37,343 bases of DNA from positions 1 through 37,343 of the forward strand of contig JAYEMF010000099.1 of the NCBI GenBank assembly GCA_034717975.1. Reading direction: 5' to 3'. A program made the position numbers and the translations under genes. The notes beneath the pieces were generated by a model. The model ran no database searches. It had not been told where the DNA came from and worked only from the letters and a program-made list of their open reading frames with translations. Positions 28,014 to 37,343 of the stretch are shown one piece after another (within the stretch, counting starts at the first letter, position 1; every line of letters starts with the position of its first letter). This DNA comes from Campylobacterota bacterium (GTDB lineage: Bacteria; Campylobacterota; Campylobacteria; Campylobacterales; Sulfurimonadaceae).

Positions 28014-29172
28014 GGTACGCTTTCAAAAACTGTTCAACGACACTGAACGATCCGAAAACAAGATAGGTTTTCGATTTGTCAATCTTTGAAAAGGTACCGT
28101 AACCGATACTGTTCTGCTTCAAGGCATCCTCCAGTTTATGACGAACTTCAATGCGTTCATCAGGGACATCAATAATCTCTACACTAGCAATGATGGGTTT
28201 TAGCACGGACAATATCTGATTGTATGCCTTATCTTTGTAACTATTATAGACTAAAATTACTTTTTTACCCGCCAATGCCCGTACAATGGCAGCAGCAGCC
28301 AGCTGATTGTGTCCGACATCTATCCAGATATTATCACTCAGCCGGCTCAAACGCCCAAAAAGCGGCGCATCACTGAAGTACTCTGCTTTAGGCTGTACTC
28401 CAATCAGATTCATTGCCGCCATACCCAGCATCAGGTTTTGCTGCAGATACTCCGGTAGAAACAGTGCTTTTGCTACGGTTTCGACAGTCTCAAGATCGGC
28501 ACTTTGAAGAATATCTTGAACAACATATCCATCCGTATGACACACTTCACAGAGTTCTTTATAAATAAGATAGACTTCCCTGTGCGGCTGCATGCCGATG
28601 ATCGCTTTAGGACCCATACTCCGCAATTTTGTCGTAGCGATCGCTTCAATATCACTCCCCAGAAAAGCCTGATGGTCAAAGTCTATCGGGGTAAAAATGG
28701 AGAGTACCTTGGGAAAGACATTGGTCGCATCATGTTCACCGCCAAGCCCCGCTTCCAGGACGACCCAGTCACACGTTTCATAGATAAGTATCGCAAGCAG
28801 TGTGGTGTACTCAAAATAGCTCAGTGATTCCAGATAGTGTTGATCCAGCAAGAGAGTGAGTCGCTCGTGAGCCGCTTCGAGCACCTCATCAGCGACAGCA
28901 TCGCCGTTAAACCAGATGCGTTCATTGAAACGAAGAATATGCGGTGAGGTGTAGTGCCCGACGTTATAACCGCTTCGCCAGAGGGCATTGGCCAGAAAAC
29001 GCCCTGTCGTTCCCTTGCCGTTGGTACCTACGATATGAATGATTTTTGGAAGTTTCAGTTTATCTTTGATCGATGCATATGCACGAGGCATACGGTCATA
29101 ATCGATCTCATTATAATAGAGAGGTTTCGCCTCTAAAAATTCTGCTAGACTTAAGCTCTTTTCCCTTACCAC
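28006..29172 (-). CDS. folC: Folylpolyglutamate synthase/dihydrofolate synthase
   Basis: VGTNGKG, YTSPH, EAGLGG..DATN, DVGHN, FGSF motifs. Confidence 0.95.
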   Translation of the reverse strand: MVREKSLSLAEFLEAKPLYYNEIDYDRMPRAYASIKDKLKLPKIIHIVGTNGKGTTGRFLANALWRSGYNVGHYTSPHILRFNERIWFNGDAVADEVLEAAHERLTLLLDQHYLESLSYFEYTTLLAILIYETCDWVVLEAGLGGEHDATNVFPKVLSIFTPIDFDHQAFLGSDIEAIATTKLRSMGPKAIIGMQPHREVYLIYKELCEVCHTDGYVVQDILQSADLETVETVAKALFLPEYLQQNLMLGMAAMNLIGVQPKAEYFSDAPLFGRLSRLSDNIWIDVGHNQLAAAAIVRALAGKKVILVYNSYKDKAYNQILSVLKPIIASVEIIDVPDERIEVRHKLEDALKQNSIGYGTFSKIDKSKTYLVFGSFSVVEQFLKAYHA

Positions 29173-29183
29173 TTCCCTCTTCC

Positions 29184-30728
29184 CTAACGTGACGGTTCTA
29201 CCCGGTTACGTCCATTTTTCTTGGCATCATACAGATGCTGGTCGGCAGAGTTGACCGTTGCTTTTACCGATGGAAAGTCTTTACGCTGGGCAACACCTGC
29301 ACTGACGGTTACATCGATGCGTTCACCCTTATAGATAAAACGGGTCTTCTTCACATGCTCATTGACTTTTTGGGCGAAAATGATACCGCCGTTTAGATCA
29401 GTATCACTAAGCAGCGCCATAAACTCTTCACCGCCGAATCGTCCGACAATATCAACATCGCGGCACTGTTTTTTCAGCACCTTGGCAAAACCGGCCAGAA
29501 CGGCATCCCCCGCCTCATGGCCATAAGTGTCATTTACTTTTTTGAAAAGGTCAAGATCGAACATAATGACGCAGTAGTTACGGCCATAACGTTCAAATTC
29601 ACCCTCTTTGATACGTAAAAACTCATCCAGGGCGCGCTTGTTGTAAAGCTTGGTCAAAAAGTCCTCTTTGGATGCATGCTGGGCAACAGCCAGCTCCTTT
29701 TCCAACTCATTGACACGGCTGCTCAACCCATTCACTTGATCACTATGTTCACGCAGATCGCTACTTAGCAGTTCTGTTTTCTCTTCAAGTGCAACGGCGA
29801 TCGTAAAGAGTTTTTTATGTGCTGTTTTAAAATCAATCTGTTTCTCTGTCTCAAAAGCTTCAAGCTCTTTTTTGATCCCCTGAATCTCGACCGTTGAACT
29901 GTCACTGCGTTCGATCAGGTCGATCAGTTGCAAAGAGAGTTTATCCAACACTATATCCAGTGCCATCACCATCTCTTTGAGACTCTCCTTATCCAGGGCG
30001 ATACGCAAACGGATGGCTGATCTGATCTCATCGGCCATCCCTTGAGAATTAAGCGACTGGGGGTCTTTGCGAAGACTCTCACTCAGATTGGCAATATCGT
30101 CATTTACGCTGGAGGCGATCGAAGGGACCAGTGATGCGATCATCAAAGATGCCACACCTCTTAAAGGCTGAGCAGTTCCCTCTTCCCCTCCGGCTACACC
30201 CGATAAATTTTCAATTGTCTTTTTAAGATCGTTGCTGTCAACTCTGCCATAAGGTGAAAGTTTTTGTAAAAATGTATCATCATAAAGTGTAAGGAAATTG
30301 ACCCAGGCCTGGCGGACATGATCGATCTGTTCCGGAGTACTCTGCTCATCCAGCAGTATAATCGTCTTCTTGGCAAGGCTGGAAGCTTCGGTATTGTGGA
30401 GTAGTTCAACAGCCTGCAAAACACGTTTACTGAGCGTAGTTTGTGATGCCAACAGCTCCGCACATTTCGTTGGCTGCATCCGGTTGATTTTCGAGATAAG
30501 AAAACGCACCAGCTCCTGAGCGGTACGGATACGATACTGCTTGATCTCATTTTGCAGTTTGGTATCTAACGTATTGAGAAACTTATCGACCTGATTGCAA
30601 TCTTCGACTAAAATACCGGCTCGTTTAGCCTCTTCACAAAAAGCCTGCATATAAAAATCAGGGGTTAAGAGCTTGCCTTCATTTTTAAGACGTTCGATTG
30701 CTTTTTTGATGATTTGATTGACGGTCAT
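29184..30728 (-). CDS. Diguanylate cyclase (helical N-terminus plus GGDEF domain)
   Basis: DFLTKLYN, DLDLFKKVNDTYGH..GD, intact RFGGEEF and RxxD I-site (RDVD). Confidence 0.93.
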   Translation of the reverse strand: MTVNQIIKKAIERLKNEGKLLTPDFYMQAFCEEAKRAGILVEDCNQVDKFLNTLDTKLQNEIKQYRIRTAQELVRFLISKINRMQPTKCAELLASQTTLSKRVLQAVELLHNTEASSLAKKTIILLDEQSTPEQIDHVRQAWVNFLTLYDDTFLQKLSPYGRVDSNDLKKTIENLSGVAGGEEGTAQPLRGVASLMIASLVPSIASSVNDDIANLSESLRKDPQSLNSQGMADEIRSAIRLRIALDKESLKEMVMALDIVLDKLSLQLIDLIERSDSSTVEIQGIKKELEAFETEKQIDFKTAHKKLFTIAVALEEKTELLSSDLREHSDQVNGLSSRVNELEKELAVAQHASKEDFLTKLYNKRALDEFLRIKEGEFERYGRNYCVIMFDLDLFKKVNDTYGHEAGDAVLAGFAKVLKKQCRDVDIVGRFGGEEFMALLSDTDLNGGIIFAQKVNEHVKKTRFIYKGERIDVTVSAGVAQRKDFPSVKATVNSADQHLYDAKKNGRNRVEPSR

Positions 30729-30731
30729 TGT

Positions 30732-31265
30732 TTACTCCTGAGTTTTTGTTCCCTCTGCAGCTACCATGGCGATAAAGCTGTCAATGGCTTTAGCTGAACC
30801 AAACCGAATAGCTTCAAAACGTGCCTGATCGGATATAATCGCCTGTGCCTGGATAGAAAAGTCATAGGTTCCACGTACATTATACATTTTTGATTCCGTG
30901 CCGCTCCTGCGGGTTATCCCCAAACGAATTGTCGTTCTGTAAGCAATGACATAGCCATTTTCATCATACTGTAACGGTGAAAATGAGACGCCCTTAAATG
31001 CAATGCGAAGATGACTCTGCGCACTACCACGATCGCGCAGTGATGATTTGAAGCGCATAATGACAGCAGCATCGATAGCATCTTTGATGATCACCGTATT
31101 TTCAGGATCTTCCATCGAGATCACCACTTCGGTACTCACTGTCTCACCCATCACACGTTTAGCATAGTGTGAACTCGGCTTATAGCCACAGCCGGAAAAG
31201 AGAGTTAAGAGCAGGGGGGTAAGCGTAAAGAGGAAAAGGAGTTGAAAGATCTTACGCATACCCAT
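30732..31265 (-). CDS. lptE: LPS assembly lipoprotein LptE
   Basis: Lipobox FSG-C followed by GYKP; position directly downstream of leuS is the established lptE location. Confidence 0.8.
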   Translation of the reverse strand: MGMRKIFQLLFLFTLTPLLLTLFSGCGYKPSSHYAKRVMGETVSTEVVISMEDPENTVIIKDAIDAAVIMRFKSSLRDRGSAQSHLRIAFKGVSFSPLQYDENGYVIAYRTTIRLGITRRSGTESKMYNVRGTYDFSIQAQAIISDQARFEAIRFGSAKAIDSFIAMVAAEGTKTQE

Positions 31266-31268
31266 ACC

Positions 31269-33719
31269 TTACCCTTTAATAACGATATTGACGAGTTTGT
31301 TCGGAACAACGATCTCTTTGACGATCTCTTTGCCTTCGATCCACTTCCCGACCGTTGCCTTGGCAGCAGCGATGATCGTCTCTTTGTCATCACCGACACC
31401 CACTTCGATCTCAGCACGCTTTTTACCATTGACAGAAACCCCCATCGGAAGAGTGTCAACTACAAAGACTTCCTCTTTAATGGCAGTCGTTCCCAGGTTG
31501 TTTCTACCAAACAGCGTATCACTCAGTTCCCATGCAAGGTGAGGGGCGATCGGCTCCATAATCCCAAGAAGTACCCAGTACCCTTCCGTCCAGACATCAG
31601 CATTATCCTGTTCTGCCAGGGCATTCATCGCTTCCATAACGCCGGCGATCATTGTATTGAAAGTATAACGTTCACCATAAACTTCTTCGGCACGTTTAAG
31701 CGCTTCATACACTTTTTTACGCGCCGCTTTCTCTTCTTTACTCAGTGATGCATGATCAATTTCAGGCAATTTCTCCATCTTGCATGCATTTGATGAGCGT
31801 TCGCTGAAGCGTTTAAGAAAGCGATATGCCCCTTCAACAGCAGAGTCATTCCACTCCAGTTCCTGTGTCGGCGGTGCAGCAAACAGGATGAAAAGACGGG
31901 CGGTATCGGCACCATACTTCTCAACCAGGGCATCCGGATCAACCGTGTTACCCTTCGACTTACTCATCTTTGTACCATCTTTGAGGACCATTCCCTGCGT
32001 CAGCAGGTTCTCAAATGGTTCATCGATATTGATATGACCAAGATCACGCAGCATTTTCGTAAAGAAACGGCTGTAGAGCAGGTGCAAGATCGCATGTTCG
32101 ATCCCACCGATATAGTGATCGACATTCATCCAGTAGTCAACCTCTGTTTTATCAAATGCCTTCTCCTGCTGAATCCCTTTACTCACTGTGTAGCGCAGGA
32201 AATACCATGAAGATTGGATGAAGGTATCCATCGTATCGGTCTCACGGGCCGCATCACCGCCACATTTTGGACAGCTGCACTGTTTCCAGGCATCATGATG
32301 CTCGATAGGGTTGCCCTCACCTGTAATCTCCACATCTTCGGGCAGGGCTACGGGCAGGTTCTCTTTCTTCTCGGCAACGATCCCGCAACTCGGACAGTGG
32401 ATCAGCGGAATTGGTGCACCCCAGTAGCGCTGACGGCTGATTCCCCAGTCTTTCAGTCGGAAGTTGATCACCTTCTGGCCTATCTTATGATGTTCAAAAT
32501 ATCCGATAATGGCACCCTTGGCCGCTTCAGAATCAAAGCTGTCAAACTCCCCTGAGTTAAAAAGAACACCCGGGTCGGTATAGGCTTTGCCTTCGGGCAG
32601 TTCACCCTCTTTTGGCTTGATAACCGAGACAATGTTCAGATCATATTTGGTGGCAAAATCATAATCACGATCATCATGTGCCGGTACGGCCATAACAGCA
32701 CCGCTTCCGTAATCCATCAGGACAAAGTTGGCCACCCATACCGGGATACTCTCACCGGTGAGCGGATGCTTGACCGATATACCTAACGCGACACCCGCTT
32801 TCTCTTTTTGGCGATCGATGGCACTGGTGTTTTTCATTTTATTGATCGCTGCCGCTGTCTCGGCATCCAGCAGGCTCTTATCGAGCATATACGAAACGAT
32901 CTCATGCTCCGGTGCCAAGGCAGTATAGGTCACCCCATAGATCGTGTCCGGACGGGTAGTAAAGACACTGTAGGCATCAAAATCACCATTGAGGTGAGCA
33001 ATACTCTCTGCATCAAGATGAAGATCAAATTCCAGACCGGTTGAACGGCCGATCCAGTTCTCCTGCATCGTCAATACCTGCTTGGGCCACCCCTTCTGGA
33101 GTTTGTCAAGATCTTTCAGCAGCTCGTCGGAGTACTCAGAGATCTTCAGGTAGTACTGATACATCTCTTTTTTGACGATCGGTGTATCACAGCGCCAGCA
33201 GCAGCCATCGACAACCTGTTCATTGGCTAAAACGGTCAGATCATGCGGGCACCAGTTCAGATACCCTTTTTTACGGTAGAGAAGGCCCTTCTCGAACATA
33301 TCGATAATAAAGCCCTGCTCAAATTTCGTGTAGAGTTCATCTGATGTGGCAAACTCGCGCTCGTTTGAAAATGACAACCCCAGCGTGGCCAGCTCTTTGC
33401 GCATATAGTCGATATTTTCGTAGGTCCACTTCTTCGGATGGACTTTATGTTTGATCGCCGCATTCTCTGCCGGCATACCGAAACTGTCCCAGCCGATCGG
33501 GTGCAGAACATTATGCCCCTGCTGACGATAGTGGCGCGCAAAAGCGTCACCGATCGTATAGTTACGAACATGCCCCATATGGATACGTCCGCTTGGGTAG
33601 GGAAACATACTCAGAATATATTTCTTTTTTTTACTTAAATCATCAGACGGTTCGAAACTTCGGTTGGCTTCCCAAAATTTCTGCCATTTTGTTTCAATCT
33701 CATGTGGATTGTATTGCAA
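31269..33719 (-). CDS. leuS: Leucine--tRNA ligase
   Basis: [36 protein letters not shown] start with AGGAG RBS. Confidence 0.98.
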   Translation of the reverse strand: MQYNPHEIETKWQKFWEANRSFEPSDDLSKKKKYILSMFPYPSGRIHMGHVRNYTIGDAFARHYRQQGHNVLHPIGWDSFGMPAENAAIKHKVHPKKWTYENIDYMRKELATLGLSFSNEREFATSDELYTKFEQGFIIDMFEKGLLYRKKGYLNWCPHDLTVLANEQVVDGCCWRCDTPIVKKEMYQYYLKISEYSDELLKDLDKLQKGWPKQVLTMQENWIGRSTGLEFDLHLDAESIAHLNGDFDAYSVFTTRPDTIYGVTYTALAPEHEIVSYMLDKSLLDAETAAAINKMKNTSAIDRQKEKAGVALGISVKHPLTGESIPVWVANFVLMDYGSGAVMAVPAHDDRDYDFATKYDLNIVSVIKPKEGELPEGKAYTDPGVLFNSGEFDSFDSEAAKGAIIGYFEHHKIGQKVINFRLKDWGISRQRYWGAPIPLIHCPSCGIVAEKKENLPVALPEDVEITGEGNPIEHHDAWKQCSCPKCGGDAARETDTMDTFIQSSWYFLRYTVSKGIQQEKAFDKTEVDYWMNVDHYIGGIEHAILHLLYSRFFTKMLRDLGHINIDEPFENLLTQGMVLKDGTKMSKSKGNTVDPDALVEKYGADTARLFILFAAPPTQELEWNDSAVEGAYRFLKRFSERSSNACKMEKLPEIDHASLSKEEKAARKKVYEALKRAEEVYGERYTFNTMIAGVMEAMNALAEQDNADVWTEGYWVLLGIMEPIAPHLAWELSDTLFGRNNLGTTAIKEEVFVVDTLPMGVSVNGKKRAEIEVGVGDDKETIIAAAKATVGKWIEGKEIVKEIVVPNKLVNIVIKG

Positions 33720-33905
33720 TAGACTCTCCTACTATAATCAACACGCCACTGTGGCACTTCTAACCTAAAGGCAGATGCTAAACTCTTTCCGGCAAAACTG
33801 GCCTCTTACAAGGCAGAGAAGTGTTCATTATGGGGTGAATGTTTCAAAAAGCAGTTTTCTGCACTTTAAAAAATTCACTGACCGACTGACTTCGCTAAAG
33901 CGAAA

Positions 33906-34244
33906 TCAGTACTCGTCGCGGTTCTTGGAACTTTCAATATAGACAAGTCCCATGGAGAAAAAGTTGGCAATAAGCGCACCGATCGCCAGTGCGATCGCCC
34001 ACTCCGTATTACCGACGATCTCAAGGAAAATAAAGGCCGGGATCAGGTGCAGATCGGCGACAAGCGAACTTGCCAGAAGTTCGGCCGCGAGAAGATTGCG
34101 TACACCGATCTTCAAAATAGTCGACACAAGATTAAGACTCGCTGCAACGAAAAGTGCCACGGCAGAGTGCTCATACAAAAAGCCTGCGGTCGATGTCAGA
34201 CTCATCAGTGTGAAAAAGACATAAATTACTTTACCCCAATCCAT
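33906..34244 (-). CDS. Small membrane protein (resembles the DUF6394-type gene between secF and leuS in Campylobacterota)
   Basis: About four hydrophobic segments, AAGGAG RBS; family name is from recall, not from a search. Confidence 0.8.
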   Translation of the reverse strand: MDWGKVIYVFFTLMSLTSTAGFLYEHSAVALFVAASLNLVSTILKIGVRNLLAAELLASSLVADLHLIPAFIFLEIVGNTEWAIALAIGALIANFFSMGLVYIESSKNRDEY

Positions 34245-34385
34245 TTGCTAACTCCTTACAGTTGTTTCATTCTATTTGCAAACATCTATTTCACTTTCTT
34301 GACGAAAATGCCGAGAGCATTTTTGTGCTTTAGTGACACAGCGTCCAGCGCAGATATACGGGCTTTATTCCGGATATTGCTCAAA

Positions 34386-35357
34386 CTAAACGGTCCCCTG
34401 CTCATACTGTGCACGCATGCGCTCTTTTTCTGCTCTAATCTTAGCTTTCTCAGCAAGTTTAGCACGATACCCTTTAATATCAAATCCGAACCGCATCAAA
34501 ACAGGGGATGCGACAAAGATCGAACTGTAGGTACCGACAACAATACCGACAAGCAGTGTAAAGGCAAACCCGTGAATGATCTCCCCGCCAAAGAGGAAGA
34601 GGGCCAGAACCACAAAGAAGGTTGTCAGTGAAGTCAGTGTCGTACGTGCCAGGGTCCGTGTCACCGACTCGTCGATCACATCACCCAGTATCGTACTTTT
34701 CGATGTGGTGATCCCCTCACGAATACGGTCAAAAACAATGATCGTATCGTTGAGCGAGTACCCAAGAATGGTCAGCAGTGCCGCCAGAACATCCAGGTTT
34801 ACATCTATTTGGAAGAGAGCCAGCGCACCCATTGCAATCGAGATATCATGGACCAGTGCCATTACCGATGCTACGGCGAAACGCCACTCAAAACGGAAAG
34901 CGACATAGATCAGAATTCCTATGGTTGCCAGGATCAGGGACATAATCCCTTTTTCACGCAACTCCCCGCCCACTTTCGGTCCGACGATATCGACACGACG
35001 GATCTCAAATTCACCGGTGCCCTTTAACGCTTCACGTGCCAGGTCACCCACATCGGTCGTTACACTGTCTGATGAACTTTTCAGGCGGATGATCACCTCT
35101 TGGGGCGAACCGAACTCCGTGATGGAAGCCCCGGCAAAAAGCGCCTCTCCTTTAAGTCGGTCACGCATCTGATCGATCGGTGCATCCTGTGTATATTTTA
35201 CCTGAACGATCGTACCGCCCGCAAAGTCTACACCGTAATTAAGCCCCTTCGTAAAAAGAAGCATATACGAACCCAACACAAATACAAGTGAAAGTATCAT
35301 GGCCGCTTTTGATTTACCCATAAAACGGAAGGTCCTGGTATATTTAAAAAATTCCAT
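34386..35357 (-). CDS. secF: Protein translocase subunit SecF
   Basis: GVDFAGG, VGPKVG, HD, GYSLNDTIIVFDRIRE, GTYSSIF. Confidence 0.97.
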   Translation of the reverse strand: MEFFKYTRTFRFMGKSKAAMILSLVFVLGSYMLLFTKGLNYGVDFAGGTIVQVKYTQDAPIDQMRDRLKGEALFAGASITEFGSPQEVIIRLKSSSDSVTTDVGDLAREALKGTGEFEIRRVDIVGPKVGGELREKGIMSLILATIGILIYVAFRFEWRFAVASVMALVHDISIAMGALALFQIDVNLDVLAALLTILGYSLNDTIIVFDRIREGITTSKSTILGDVIDESVTRTLARTTLTSLTTFFVVLALFLFGGEIIHGFAFTLLVGIVVGTYSSIFVASPVLMRFGFDIKGYRAKLAEKAKIRAEKERMRAQYEQGTV

Positions 35358-36928
35358 TATTTTACCGCCTTCACACCAAACCAGAAGGTGAGGTTTTTAC
35401 TTTTGGCGATACGCGACTCCAACATCGAATAGATACCGTGCGTTCCAAGGATCGCTGTCAGCATCGATGCCAAAATACCGATACTGATCGTGATCGCAAA
35501 CCCTTTGATCGCACCCGTACCATAAGCATAAAGTACGACCGCTGCGATCAGTGTCGTGATATTGGCATCGAGAATCGCACGTATCGCATTATCGTACCCC
35601 TGCTCGATCGCTTTGTGGATTGATACACCCTGATAGAGCAGTTCACGGATACGCTCCGAGATAATGACGTTGGCATCAACCGCCATACCGACCGTCAGGA
35701 CAATACCCGCCATCCCCGGCAGGGTTAACGTTGCACCAAAGAGTGCCATCACCGCAAGGATGATAAAAAGGTTGGCTATCAACGCAATATTTGCAACTAC
35801 ACCGGCAGCACGGTAGTAAACCACCATAAAGGCGATAACCAGCATAAAGCCGCCTATCAATGCAATAAGACTGGCTTTGATACTGTCTGCTCCAAGACTT
35901 GGACCGACTGAACGTTTTTCCATCATATAGATCGGGGCGAGCAGTGCACCTGAACGCAGTGCAATAGCCAGGTCCTGAGCTTCCTGAACCGTGTAGTTTC
36001 CGCTGATCTGACCGCTTCCGCCGCCGATACGCTCATTGATTACCGGTGCCGAATAAACCTCGCCATCCAAGACGATAGCCAGGTGGTTACCCACATTTTT
36101 ACCGGTGAAATCACCAAAAATCTGAGCGCCTTCAGCGTCAAGTGTAAAGTTGATAAGCGGTCGGTTGTTCTGATCAAATCCGACCTGTGCATTGGTCAGC
36201 ATCCCGCCGTCAAGAATAGGGATCTCTTTGATCAGATGCTTAACGCCCGGCTGAGTAGCGTCATTTAAAATCACATCGCCATAGCTCGCCGCTTCGGTAT
36301 CACTCATCTGGTAGACACGCATGTTGCGCTCTTCATCAACGGCCATCATCTCTAACTTGGCCGAACGGGAGATCAGGTCACGGGCGCGCTGCTCTTCCTC
36401 TTGCGTCTTGATACCAGGCAGTTCGACGAGAATCTTCTCCTCACCCTGACGGGCGACGGTAGGTTCTGCCAATCCAAACTGATCGAGACGGTTACGAATC
36501 GTCTCGATCGCCTGGTCGATCGCCTGTTTTTCTGTCTCTACAATAGCCTCAGGAGTGAGATTGATACTGTAGTTCTCACCGATAATAGCAATGTTAAGGC
36601 CTTTGATCTCATCAAAGAACGCCTTCACGGCAAGGGTATCATCACTGTCAAGCAAGACAAAGGATACGACTTCATCACTGGCCGAAAGTGAATCAATAAG
36701 AATCTCATTACGGTCTGTGTAGTGTTTGATACTTGAAGCGATTGATTTCAGACGTGATTTGACTGCTTCTTCGGTACGGACACCCAAAAGCATATGGAGA
36801 CCACCCTGAAGATCGAGTCCCAAGGTGATCTTGGAACCTTTTTCTGTCTGAAACAGTGAAGGTGCGGAGAAGAAAAGGCCAAAAAGAATGGCCGCCGCAA
36901 AGATTAAAACGCGATAATTAAGATTCAT
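35357..36928 (-). CDS. secD: Protein translocase subunit SecD
   Basis: [34 protein letters not shown]; start set at ATG 36928 (MNLNYR). Confidence 0.97.
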   Translation of the reverse strand: MNLNYRVLIFAAAILFGLFFSAPSLFQTEKGSKITLGLDLQGGLHMLLGVRTEEAVKSRLKSIASSIKHYTDRNEILIDSLSASDEVVSFVLLDSDDTLAVKAFFDEIKGLNIAIIGENYSINLTPEAIVETEKQAIDQAIETIRNRLDQFGLAEPTVARQGEEKILVELPGIKTQEEEQRARDLISRSAKLEMMAVDEERNMRVYQMSDTEAASYGDVILNDATQPGVKHLIKEIPILDGGMLTNAQVGFDQNNRPLINFTLDAEGAQIFGDFTGKNVGNHLAIVLDGEVYSAPVINERIGGGSGQISGNYTVQEAQDLAIALRSGALLAPIYMMEKRSVGPSLGADSIKASLIALIGGFMLVIAFMVVYYRAAGVVANIALIANLFIILAVMALFGATLTLPGMAGIVLTVGMAVDANVIISERIRELLYQGVSIHKAIEQGYDNAIRAILDANITTLIAAVVLYAYGTGAIKGFAITISIGILASMLTAILGTHGIYSMLESRIAKSKNLTFWFGVKAVK

Positions 36929-37184
36929 CCCCATACTTTCGGGCAACAGATTCTTTGGTCAGCTTGACAGTAACATCATCATTCAGTTTAACACTGAAAA
37001 AGTCCTCTTCCACTTTTTTCACTTCAGCGATCAATCCGCCATTTGTAACGACCTTGTCACCCTTCTCGAGCGCCTCGATCATTGCCGTATGCTTTTTCGC
37101 CTGCTGCTGTTGCGGACGAATAATTATAAAGTACATAATCCCGATCAAAAAGATAAATGGGAGTAGTTGTGCTAACATTTCCAT
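36918..37184 (-). CDS. yajC: Preprotein translocase subunit YajC
   Basis: TM helix, [18 protein letters not shown]; upstream of secD. Confidence 0.96.
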   Translation of the reverse strand: MEMLAQLLPFIFLIGIMYFIIIRPQQQQAKKHTAMIEALEKGDKVVTNGGLIAEVKKVEEDFFSVKLNDDVTVKLTKESVARKYGDES

Positions 37185-37215
37185 GTGTGCTCAGTCCTTG
37201 TTAAAAAATTGGGAC

Positions 37216-37257
37216 ATTATACTTAAGCACTTCTCTATTATCGCTTATGGGTATAAT
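37216..37257. promoter_or_regulatory. Divergent -10 boxes for yajC-secDF and the rightward gene
   Basis: TATAAT on minus at 37216-37221 and on plus at 37252-37257. Confidence 0.6.
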
Positions 37258-37264
37258 TTCACTT

Positions 37265-37343
37265 ATGAAACTTTTCAATGAACTTCCTTTAGCCAAACAG
37301 CCACTGCTGCAGGACCTGCTGCTGGCGATTATTGTCGCCCTTG
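37265..37343 (+). CDS. 5' part of a membrane protein gene, probably apolipoprotein N-acyltransferase (truncated by window)
   Basis: Open frame MKLFNELPLAKQPLLQDLLLAIIVAL to the window edge; lnt identity rests only on recalled synteny with yajC. Confidence 0.5.
   Translation, partial: MKLFNELPLAKQPLLQDLLLAIIVAL

Noticed and set aside
2911..37281. Many antisense or nested track ORFs (e.g. 2911-3468, 10073-10861, 16551-17306, 24836-25360, 31242-31748, 34047-34631)
   Set aside because: Shadows of well-supported conserved genes on the opposite strand or another frame, with no recognisable motifs.
1..37343. CRISPR array, tRNA or rRNA genes, retron/RT, toxin-antitoxin or defence genes
   Set aside because: No regularly spaced repeats or matching motifs seen; the only tRNA-like sequence belongs to tmRNA.

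Overview
Campylobacterota-type chromosomal segment. Gene content, the secD-secF-leuS-lptE-folC-M23-bactofilin-mfd order and the tmRNA tag suggest a Sulfurimonas/Sulfuricurvum-like organism (inference). From 2632 onward it is mostly core genome: ssrA, trpA, Hpt protein, panB, ruvB, AI-2E transporter, lgt, GlcF-like Fe-S protein, hemN, a convergent response regulator/hybrid kinase pair, pepN, EAL-HDOD protein, OM beta-barrel, dnaX, MagIII-like glycosylase, YmdB-like phosphoesterase, mfd, bactofilin, M23 peptidase, folC, GGDEF protein, lptE, leuS, secF, secD, yajC and the start of a probable lnt. Positions 1-2631, abutting the tmRNA 3' end, are visibly more AT-rich and look like an accessory island remnant. 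They hold the most unusual feature: two inverted, paralogous ~65-aa arginine-rich mini-proteins (35/63 identical, five shared RxxxR motifs, homologous 5' regions, one with a sigma54-like promoter) flanking a stand-alone FHA gene. Also found: a 267-bp multibranched MITE with 31-bp TIRs and a TAAA duplication, a ~145-bp IS200/IS605-like end-only element, and two small genes missing from the ORF track (a 42-aa lipoprotein and a 43-aa protein). No CRISPR array, rRNA, tRNA, integrase or transposase was seen. All assignments come from reading motifs by eye; no searches were run.
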